Assembly (NCBI RefSeq): GCF_019464535.1
Contig: NZ_CP080507.1
Location: forward strand, 2,880,001-2,912,000
DNA length: 32,000 nt
DNA from: Horticoccus luteus
Lineage (GTDB): Bacteria; Verrucomicrobiota; Verrucomicrobiia; Opitutales; Opitutaceae
Direction of reading: 5' to 3'
Shown here piece after piece: positions 18,195-25,268 of the stretch. The position numbers and the translations under genes are program-made. The first letter of the stretch is position 1; the number at the start of each line of letters is the position of its first letter. Below the pieces are notes generated by a model, which searched no databases, was not told the DNA's origin, and worked only from the letters and a program-made list of their open reading frames with translations.

Positions 18195-19424
18195 ATGCCC
18201 TCTTCTTCCGTCCCTACCGCCACGCACTCGCCCATCGTCGACGAACCCGTCCCCCGCCCTCGCCGCTGGGGAGCCGCTGAGCTCACCCGCCTCACCGCGA
18301 TGGTCGAGCAATCCTCGCTCTTCTATTGGCAAGGCCCGCAAACCACCGCCCTCCTCGAGGAATTCCGCCGCCACTATCCGTTGCCCTGCCTCTTCCCCTG
18401 CTCGTCCGGCTCCGCCGCGCTCCACGTCGCCGTCGCCGCGCTGCGTTTGCGTCCCGGTGACGAGATCATCACCTCACCCATCACCGACATGGGCTCAGTC
18501 ATCGGTATTCTGTATCAACAAGGCGTTCCCGTTTTCGCCGATATCGACGCCCGCACCTACAATCTCGATGTCTCCGCCGTTCGCGCCGCGATTACCCCGA
18601 AGACCCGCGCCATCATGGCCGTGCATCTCGCCGGCAATCCCAGCGATCTCACCGCCCTCTCCGCCCTCGCCCGCGAACACGGCCTCGCCCTCATCGAGGA
18701 CTGCGCCCAATCCTGGGGCGCCCAACACCGCGGCACGCCCGTCGGCCTCTTTGGCGATCTCGCCTGCTATTCGTTCAACGACTTCAAGCACGTGAGCTGC
18801 GGCGACGGCGGCATCGTCGGCACACCGCACGAAAAATACGGCGCCACTCTCTCGCGCTGGGGCGATAAATCCTACGACCGCGTCCACGGCACCCGCGATC
18901 CCGCCGACCTCGCGCCCAACTACCGTATGAGCGAGCCCCAAGCCGCCGTCGCCGCTGCGCAGATGACGAAGCTCTCCGCCCTGGTCGCCGCCCGCAACCG
19001 CCTCGGCGTGCAGCTCACCACGGCGCTGGCCGATACGCCCGGTATCCTTCCTCCCGTCACCCACGCCGGTGATTTGCATAGCTATTGGTTTTACTTTCTG
19101 CGCCTCGATCTCGCCCGCCTCACCTGCACGCGAGATGAATTTGCCGCCGCCGCCCGCGCGGAAGGCGTCGCCGCCAGCGCCGGCTATCTGCCGCAGCCCG
19201 TCTATCGCTACCAAGTTTTTCAAAATCACAACTTCTTCGGCGGCGCCTGGCCCGTGCGCGACAGCGGCCTCACCGCCATGGACTATCGCACCGTCTCCTG
19301 CCCCACCGCGGAAGCCGTCCTGGCCGACGGCATCACGCTCCCCATCAACGAAGCGATGACGCCCGCCTACATCGGAAAAGTCGCCCTCGCCCTCACCACG
19401 CTCGCGCACCGCTTCGCGCGTTAA
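18195..19424 (+). CDS. DegT/DnrJ/EryC1/StrS family PLP-dependent aminotransferase
   Basis: 409 aa. Motifs SGSAALH, EDCAQSWGA, and SFNDFKHVSCGDGG with the PLP lysine. Confidence 0.9.
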   Translation: MPSSSVPTATHSPIVDEPVPRPRRWGAAELTRLTAMVEQSSLFYWQGPQTTALLEEFRRHYPLPCLFPCSSGSAALHVAVAALRLRPGDEIITSPITDMGSVIGILYQQGVPVFADIDARTYNLDVSAVRAAITPKTRAIMAVHLAGNPSDLTALSALAREHGLALIEDCAQSWGAQHRGTPVGLFGDLACYSFNDFKHVSCGDGGIVGTPHEKYGATLSRWGDKSYDRVHGTRDPADLAPNYRMSEPQAAVAAAQMTKLSALVAARNRLGVQLTTALADTPGILPPVTHAGDLHSYWFYFLRLDLARLTCTRDEFAAAARAEGVAASAGYLPQPVYRYQVFQNHNFFGGAWPVRDSGLTAMDYRTVSCPTAEAVLADGITLPINEAMTPAYIGKVALALTTLAHRFAR

Positions 19425-19519
19425 GCCCCGCCGCCTTTCCCGGCCCGCGCGCTTCCCCCGCGCGGCGGCGGCCTGCGAGCACCGCTCGCTATAAAATCTT
19501 CGCGCCTCGCCGCCGGCTC

Positions 19520-19547
19520 CGCCGCAACGTTCGCCGCGGCGCGTTTT
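19520..19547 (+). terminator. Candidate intrinsic terminator after the DegT operon
   Basis: CGCCGC (19520-25) / GCGGCG (19536-41) followed by CG and TTTT (19544-47). The U-tract is short. A second hairpin CCGCGCG/CGCGCGG lies at 19445-19465. Confidence 0.35.
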
Positions 19548-19570
19548 CCCGAGTTCGCACGACGTCACGA

Positions 19571-19650
19571 ATTATAAACAAATATAAAACGTTGATGCTC
19601 GTTCCCGACGACGAATTCGCCTCGCAATACATTTTTTACTATTGACAGCT
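19571..19650 (+). promoter_or_regulatory. AT-rich island, probable promoter region
   Basis: I counted 25 G+C in the 70 nt 19571-19640 (36%), against very GC-rich flanks. TTGACA lies at 19642-19647, but I found no convincing -10 at the canonical spacing. Confidence 0.3.
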
Positions 19651-20032
19651 CCGCCCGTCGGCGCTCTGGTGTTCGCATAATTCAGCCCGACATGATTTCG
19701 CTTTCCACGCGTCCTCTTTCTTATTCCCGCCGTGCATCGGCAGGAACGGGGACGTCGCATGTCCAACCGGTCCTTCCCGGTGCTGTTTTCCAGGGCTGAG
19801 CGCGCTCCATCGCGCCGAGTTTAGCCCGGGACGCAGTCACCGGGCAACCCTCCAGCCTCGCAGGCCAGCGCCTCATCGGTCGCGTTCTGCACACCTGCTT
19901 TCCGCGGTCTAGCACCGCGCTTCATCCCTCGCCGGGCGTCCCGGCATAGCCGTGTCCGATCGCGGCTGACCTCATCGCAGCCGCCTTCGGGCTATCCCTG
20001 TAAACCACGTCCTCCCCCACCCATCACCCTTT

Positions 20033-20467
20033 ATGATCATGAACAACCACGCTCCCATCTATCTCACTCGCGAAGACTACGCCAAACTCCGCCTCCTCCT
20101 GAAACTGGCCCCGCGCTCCAAACCGAATGGCGCCTATCAAAAGCTCCATGCCGAGCTCGATCGTGCCGCCATCGTGGATGTCTCCGCACTCCCCTCCCAG
20201 TCAGTCACGATGGGTTCGCGCGTCACCTTCGAAGATCGCGCCACTGGCGAGATCGAGCAATACACGCTCGTTTTCCCGGAGCAGGCCGACGTCGATCAGA
20301 ACCGGCTGTCCGTCCTCGCCCCCATCGGCACCGCTCTCCTTGGCTACAGCGAGGGCGACGAAGTGCATTGGGACACGCCCGGCGGTCGCCGCCACATCCT
20401 CATCCGTGAGGTCACCCAACCCGCCGCCGTCGCCGATCCCGTGCTCGCCGGAGCGCAGTTTGGCTGA
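20033..20467 (+). CDS. rnk: Regulator of nucleoside diphosphate kinase (GreA/GreB-family RNAP secondary-channel protein)
   Basis: 144 aa. It aligns by eye with E. coli Rnk: TMGSRVTFED...LSVLAPIGTALLGYSEGDEVHWDTPGG. Confidence 0.9.
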   Translation: MIMNNHAPIYLTREDYAKLRLLLKLAPRSKPNGAYQKLHAELDRAAIVDVSALPSQSVTMGSRVTFEDRATGEIEQYTLVFPEQADVDQNRLSVLAPIGTALLGYSEGDEVHWDTPGGRRHILIREVTQPAAVADPVLAGAQFG

Positions 20468-20560
20468 GCGCGCGCCCGTCTTCCTTCAGTGACTCCCTCT
20501 CCGGGCGACGCGCCCGGCGGGCGGAGCCATGTCAACTATACTTATACGTCCTGTATTATC

Positions 20561-22009
20561 GTGGAATTTAATAAACGCATCGTGATGGTTGGATTCGGCG
20601 TCGTCGCTCACGCGCTGCTGCCGCTCCTCCTCAAGCATCTGCGGGTGCCTTGTTCCCAAATCGTGGTCATCGATTTTTCCGACCGCGAAGAGGTTCTGCG
20701 CCCGTGGATCGCCAAGGGCCTGCGCTTCGTCCGGGAAAAGATCACGCCCTTCAGTCTCGCGCGCCTGCTCTCGTCGCACGCCGGCCCCGGCGATCTGATC
20801 ATCGACCTCGCCTGGAGCGTCGACTTCTTCGACATCGTTCTCTGGGCCCACGACAACGACGTTCTCTATATCAACGCCTCCCTCGAATCGTGGGACCCTT
20901 CCGCTGAGACCCATCGCAAGCCCCTCGTCGAAAAATCGCTTTACCACCGCTACACCAAATTCCTTCCCCTGGCCGCCGCGTGGCGCCACACCGCCACGGC
21001 GGTGGTCGACCACGGCTCGAATCCCGGCCTCGTTTCCCATTTTGTGAAACGCGGACTGCTCGACATCGGCGAGGCCGTGCTCCGCGAAAAAAAGCGCCCG
21101 GCCGCGAGCGCCCGCCGGATCGAGCGCTTCATGGGCGACCGTCACTTTGCCGAACTCGCCCGCGAACTCGACGTGAAGGTCATCCACTGCAGCGAGTGGG
21201 ACACCCAGCGCGCCGACCAGGCCAAGTCGCCCGATGAATTTGTGGGCACATGGAGTGTCGAGGGCATGTGGGAGGAGTCGATTTCGCCCTGCGAAATCGG
21301 CTGGGGCACCCACGAGAAAACCCTCCCCCCGCTCGCCCTGCGTCCCGCGATCGGGCCCGGCAACCAAATCATCCTCCCGCAGATGGGCCTCAATTCCTGG
21401 GTTCGCTCCTGGGTGCCCAATCAGGAAATCGTCGGCATGTCGGTGACCCACGGCGAATCCTTCAGCCTTTCGCACGCGCTCACCGTGCGCGAGAAGGGCC
21501 GCGTCGTTTACCGCCCCACCGTCCATTACGCCTACAACCCCTGCAACGACTCCCTCGTCTCGCTGCACGAGTTGCGCGCGCGGCATTATGAATTGCATCC
21601 GCGCAAACGTATCCTCACCGACGAAATCGTCACGGGCGGCGACCTCGTGGGCGCCCTCCTGATGGGCCATCCCTTCCGTTCGTGGTGGACTGGCAGTGTG
21701 CTCTCCATCGACGACGCCCGGAAAAAAGTGCCGCACGTCAATGCGACCGCCGTGCAGGTCGCCGCCGGCGTGCTGGCCGCCGCGCTGTGGGCCGTGCGCC
21801 ACCCGCGCCAGGGCCTTTGCCTCCCCGAAGATCTGCCCCACGACGAAATCCTCCGCGACGCAGCCCCTTACCTCGGCAATATCATTTCGGTGCCCTCGCA
21901 TTGGACTCCACTCAGCCAGCGCCGCGTCTATTTCGACGAAGCCGCCGCCCGCCTTCCGGCCGACGAGGCCGATCCCTGGCAGTTCGGTAACTTCGTCTTC
22001 CAACCCTGA
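20561..22009 (+). CDS. hss: Homospermidine synthase (bacterial, saccharopine-dehydrogenase fold)
   Basis: IVMVGFG Rossmann start, DHGSNPGLVSHFVK, TWSVEG, YAYNPCND and the C-terminal DPWQFGNF match bacterial HSS as I recall it. The start is ambiguous: GTG 20561 is chosen, with alternatives GTG 20489, GTG 20582 and ATG 20585. Confidence 0.85.
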   Translation: MEFNKRIVMVGFGVVAHALLPLLLKHLRVPCSQIVVIDFSDREEVLRPWIAKGLRFVREKITPFSLARLLSSHAGPGDLIIDLAWSVDFFDIVLWAHDNDVLYINASLESWDPSAETHRKPLVEKSLYHRYTKFLPLAAAWRHTATAVVDHGSNPGLVSHFVKRGLLDIGEAVLREKKRPAASARRIERFMGDRHFAELARELDVKVIHCSEWDTQRADQAKSPDEFVGTWSVEGMWEESISPCEIGWGTHEKTLPPLALRPAIGPGNQIILPQMGLNSWVRSWVPNQEIVGMSVTHGESFSLSHALTVREKGRVVYRPTVHYAYNPCNDSLVSLHELRARHYELHPRKRILTDEIVTGGDLVGALLMGHPFRSWWTGSVLSIDDARKKVPHVNATAVQVAAGVLAAALWAVRHPRQGLCLPEDLPHDEILRDAAPYLGNIISVPSHWTPLSQRRVYFDEAAARLPADEADPWQFGNFVFQP

Positions 22010-22032
22010 ACCTCAACCCCTGCGTTATCATC

Positions 22033-22443
22033 ATGAACTCCCTCCACTCCTCACCCTCCTCCGACAAGTTCATCCTCCGCGGCATCCGCGTCTGGCCCAC
22101 CGAAGCCATGAAGACGATCATCCACACCAAAGCAGCCCGCCTGCTGCGGCTCGATCCGTCTATCATCCGTGTCCGCATCGACGTCGAGCGCGACCTCCAC
22201 GGCGGCCTCCCGATGTTCGCCGCCAAGGGTCACATTGAAATCCTCGGCCCGGATCTCTTCGCCTCGGTCACGACACCCGACGCCTACAAATCCGTCGATC
22301 TCCTGATCGAGAAACTGGCGCGCAAACTCCGGCGCCGGCACACCGCGCTGCGGCGTCACCGCCATCGCGATGACATCCGCACGCACGCGGACGCCCGCTC
22401 CAGCACCCGTCACGCGCTCGCTGAAACGCTCGTCATGGGTTAG
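22033..22443 (+). CDS. HPF/RaiA (ribosome hibernation, S30AE) family protein with atypical extensions
   Basis: 136 aa. The core aligns by eye with E. coli HPF (ILRGIRV...; DAYKSVDLLIEKLARKLRRRH against DMYAAIDGLIDKLARQLTKHK). It lies 23 nt downstream of hss. Confidence 0.75.
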   Translation: MNSLHSSPSSDKFILRGIRVWPTEAMKTIIHTKAARLLRLDPSIIRVRIDVERDLHGGLPMFAAKGHIEILGPDLFASVTTPDAYKSVDLLIEKLARKLRRRHTALRRHRHRDDIRTHADARSSTRHALAETLVMG

Positions 22444-22487
22444 CCCGGCGCCGGCCCTCGCCGGTCCCGCCGGCTTCGTTGAATCGT

Positions 22488-22513
22488 GCGGCCGCGGCCC
22501 GTCCCGCGGCCGC
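22488..22513 (+). terminator. 10-bp GC hairpin after the HPF-like gene (terminator candidate, no U-tract)
   Basis: GCGGCCGCGG (22488-97) / CCGCGGCCGC (22504-13) with a 6-nt loop. Confidence 0.35.
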
Positions 22514-22595
22514 CACGTTGCTCCATTGGCGTCGCCCGCGCACCCATTGCAGCGCGGTAATTTGACGCCGCCCGGACGCCCGCACACGCTGTGTC

Positions 22596-23573
22596 ATGGC
22601 TGTAAAATTCAAGGACTACTATGAAACCTTGGACATCCCTCGCACCGCTTCGCCGGACGAAATCAAGCAGGCCTTCCGCAAACTCGCACGCATCCACCAT
22701 CCCGACGTCGCGAAAAACAAATCCGCCGGCGAAGCGAAGTTTAAGGAGATCAACGAAGCCTACGAGGTCTTGAGCGATCCCGAGAAACGCCGCCGTTACG
22801 ACGAACTCGGCGCGCGCTGGCAGGATCCCACGCCCGAATCGCCCCCGCCCGGCTATCGCCCGCCCACCGGCGGCGGCGTTCCGCCCGACGAATCCGACTT
22901 CGAATTTGGCGGCACCGGCTACAGCGATTTCTTTGAATCGTTTTTCGCCGGCGGCCGCGACGGCTCGGGTTTCTCCCGCCGCTCCGCCCCCGGCGGCCGC
23001 GGCGGCGGTTTTGCGTTTCCCGGCAGCGACGTGGAGGCCGACATTCTGGTCACGCTGGAAGAAGTGCTGCGCGGTTCGCCCCGCACGATCACGCTGCGCC
23101 GCCCGGCGATGCGCGGTGAACCGGAGCGCACCAACACCTACCACGTGCGCATCCCGCCGGGCGTGCGTGAGGGCCAGCGCATCCGCCTCGCCGGCCAGGG
23201 CGAGCCAGGCCAGGGCGGCGCCGCCGCGGGCGATCTTTACCTGCGCGTCCGCCTCGCACGTCATCCCGATCTCAGCGTCCGCGACGCCGATCTCTATTAC
23301 GATCTCGTCCTCGCCCCGTGGGAAGCCGTGCTCGGCGCGCATCCGAAAATCCCCACTCTCGATGGCGCGACTTCCCTGCGCGTTCCTCCCGGCACCGCCG
23401 CCGGCAGCCGCCTCCGCTTGCGCGGTCTCGGCCTCCCCCGCGGCGACGACGGCCGCGGCGACCTTTACGCCACCGTCACCCTCCAGACACCCCCGGTCGT
23501 CTCGGCCGAAGAAAAAGCGCTCTGGGAAAAGCTCGCCGCCGTTTCGACCTTCAACCCGAGGCCCTTGTCATGA
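22596..23573 (+). CDS. cbpA: Curved-DNA-binding DnaJ homologue (J domain, no zinc finger)
   Basis: 325 aa. J domain DYYETLDIPRTASPDEIKQAFRKLARIHHPDV, a G/F-rich linker, DnaJ C-terminal domains, and no CxxCxGxG repeats. Confidence 0.85.
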   Translation: MAVKFKDYYETLDIPRTASPDEIKQAFRKLARIHHPDVAKNKSAGEAKFKEINEAYEVLSDPEKRRRYDELGARWQDPTPESPPPGYRPPTGGGVPPDESDFEFGGTGYSDFFESFFAGGRDGSGFSRRSAPGGRGGGFAFPGSDVEADILVTLEEVLRGSPRTITLRRPAMRGEPERTNTYHVRIPPGVREGQRIRLAGQGEPGQGGAAAGDLYLRVRLARHPDLSVRDADLYYDLVLAPWEAVLGAHPKIPTLDGATSLRVPPGTAAGSRLRLRGLGLPRGDDGRGDLYATVTLQTPPVVSAEEKALWEKLAAVSTFNPRPLS

Positions 23574-23905
23574 GCAATTTCATCTTCTCCGCCCAACGCA
23601 CGATCGCTGTCGTCAACTTGGTCGATGGCGAGCCGTCCCTCTACTCACTCGAAACCGCCGCCCGCCTGACTGGCGTGCACCCCGAGTTGCTTCGTTACTA
23701 CTGCCGCCAAGGCTTGCTCGGCCCCGAGCGCACCGCACCGGACCGCGAGCCCCAATTCGACGACAACGCCCTCTACGAAGTGCGCCGCATCGAACACTTC
23801 CGCCAGCATCACGGCGTCAACCGCCAGGCGCTCCCCTTGCTCTGCGAACTGTGGCGGGAAGTCGACCGCTTGAAAAACGAACTGCGTTTCCTGCGCGGTC
23901 CCTGA
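23570..23905 (+). CDS. cbpM: MerR-like chaperone modulator (CbpM-like)
   Basis: 111 aa. Its ATG overlaps the cbpA TGA (ATGA at 23570-73). MerR-type HTH (LETAARLTGVHPELLRYY) and a C-terminal coiled segment. The cbpA-cbpM pairing is as in E. coli. Confidence 0.75.
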   Translation: MSNFIFSAQRTIAVVNLVDGEPSLYSLETAARLTGVHPELLRYYCRQGLLGPERTAPDREPQFDDNALYEVRRIEHFRQHHGVNRQALPLLCELWREVDRLKNELRFLRGP

Positions 23906-23923
23906 ACTCGCGCCACTCCGCCA

Positions 23924-23946
23924 CGCGACTGCCTCATCGAGTCGCG
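23924..23946. terminator. Hairpin between convergent cbpM and dipeptidase genes
   Basis: CGCGACT (23924-30) / AGTCGCG (23940-46) with a 9-nt loop and no U-tract. Confidence 0.3.
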
Positions 23947-23980
23947 CCCGTGCCTCAACCCTCCATCCACCGCTCGTCGC

Positions 23981-25126
23981 TCACTCCGCCTGCGCGGCCG
24001 CCGCCCCCAGCACGCGGAGCGTATTGCGGCCCCACACTTTCGCCACCTCCGCCTCTTTCCAACCCCGCTGCAAGAGCGCCGCGGTGAGGCGGGGGAAGTC
24101 GCTCACGTCGTTCAACCCGCGCACGCCGCCGCCGCCATCGAAGTCGCAGCCGATGCCCACGTGGTCGATCCCCGCAATCTCCACCGCGTGCTCCACGTGC
24201 CGCACGAAATCGGCCAGCGTCGCCACCGGATTCGGCCACGTGCGCCCCAACCGGTGCCATTCTCCCTCCGCCCACGCCTCGACGTCGGGCGTGAGTTCTT
24301 TTTCCGCCAGTGAGAGCAGCAGCGCCGCGAACGCCCGCGTGCGCTCCTCACCCCGCGGATCCGGCACCACCGCCACCGGCAGAGCATTGATCTGAATCAC
24401 GCCGCCCGCCGCCGCGAGTTCTCGCAGCAACGCATCCCCGATGTTGCGCGGATGATCGCACACCGCGCGGCAACCGCTGTGCGACAACACCACCGGCGAC
24501 CGCGACAGCGCGAGCATCTGCCGCAACGTCTCATCGCTCGCATGCGACGCATCCAGCACGATCCCCCGCCGGTTGCACTCGGCCACGAGCTCGCGCCCCA
24601 GCGGACTCAGTCCGCCCCACTCCTCGCCTCGCGGATCCGTCGAAGCATCCGCCACCTCGTTGTTGAGCATGTGCGTCAAACCGATCATCCGCACGCCCAA
24701 CGCGCGAAACTTCGCCACGTGCGCGATCTCGCGCCCCAGCGAATAACTGTTCTCCAAACTCAAAAATATCGCGCGCTTCCCCGCCGCCTTCGCCGCGCAC
24801 GCTTCGTCCGCCGTCGTCACCACGACGCATTCATTCGCCTTCGCCGCCACGACCGCGCGAACGCGCTCGCACGTCCGCACCGCCAGCGCATGGGCCCGCG
24901 CGAAGCCTCGCGCCGTCCGCGCCGCCTGCGTCACGTAAACCGCCCACACCATCGCATCGACGCCTCCCGCGCGCATGCGTGGCAAATCGACCTGCGATCC
25001 GTCCTCCGCCGCCTCGTGCCGCAGCCCAAAATCCCAGCCCGCCCGCGCGAGCGGTCCCGTCGCCGTGTCGCAATGCGTATCGATCGTAAACACCCGCTCG
25101 TGCACCGCCGCCGCGTCGTCCGTCAT
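23981..25126 (-). CDS. M19 family (renal-type) membrane dipeptidase
   Basis: 381 aa from the ATG at 25126. Motifs FTIDTHCDT, GLTHMLNN, LSHSGCRAVCDHPRNI. Longer starts would run through the upstream gene's terminator. Confidence 0.85.
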   Translation of the reverse strand: MTDDAAAVHERVFTIDTHCDTATGPLARAGWDFGLRHEAAEDGSQVDLPRMRAGGVDAMVWAVYVTQAARTARGFARAHALAVRTCERVRAVVAAKANECVVVTTADEACAAKAAGKRAIFLSLENSYSLGREIAHVAKFRALGVRMIGLTHMLNNEVADASTDPRGEEWGGLSPLGRELVAECNRRGIVLDASHASDETLRQMLALSRSPVVLSHSGCRAVCDHPRNIGDALLRELAAAGGVIQINALPVAVVPDPRGEERTRAFAALLLSLAEKELTPDVEAWAEGEWHRLGRTWPNPVATLADFVRHVEHAVEIAGIDHVGIGCDFDGGGGVRGLNDVSDFPRLTAALLQRGWKEAEVAKVWGRNTLRVLGAAAAQAE

Positions 25127-25219
25127 CGCGACAACCTGCCGCCCGCCTCGCGCCCCGCCAAGCCTGCGTTTGCCAGGCACCGCACCGGCACGCGCTTCGT
25201 CCGCGCCCGACTCGCCCAT

Positions 25220-25245
25220 AAAAAAAGCGCACCCGCAGGTGCGCT
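25220..25245 (-). terminator. Rho-independent terminator of the PEP-CTERM gene
   Basis: The minus-strand RNA reads AGCGCACC-UGCG-GGUGCGCU followed by U7 (A7 at 25220-26 on the plus strand). It lies 24 nt past the stop at 25269. Confidence 0.85.
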
Positions 25246-25268
25246 CGTCATGCTGGTCCGGCGTCGCG

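Noticed and set aside
16508-18295. 595-aa minus-strand ORF
   Set aside because: It is antisense to the two amidohydrolase genes. Its Gly/Glu/Ala/Arg-rich low-complexity translation has no family motifs, which is typical of a GC-driven shadow ORF.
19692-19799. 35-codon ATG-initiated small ORF in the rnk upstream region
   Set aside because: I see no Shine-Dalgarno-like sequence, and its composition is not distinguishable from noncoding. It cannot be supported without conservation or ribosome-profiling data.
19650-20032. Tested by eye for tRNA T-loop (GTTCGAATC), tmRNA ends, RNase P P4 (GAGGAAAGTCCGGGC), the SRP domain IV motif, and the TPP, SAM-I, cobalamin, c-di-GMP-I, ZTP and SAH riboswitch cores, on both strands
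   Set aside because: I found only short partial resemblances (for example GTGCTGTTTTCCAGG against the SRP 5' strand, and CCGGGCAACC against SAM-I) without the rest of the conserved cores. I make no known-family call. The region is retained only as an unexplained region in the findings.
20486-22003. 505-aa minus-strand ORF
   Set aside because: It is antisense to homospermidine synthase, which has clear family motifs. The translation has no recognisable motifs.
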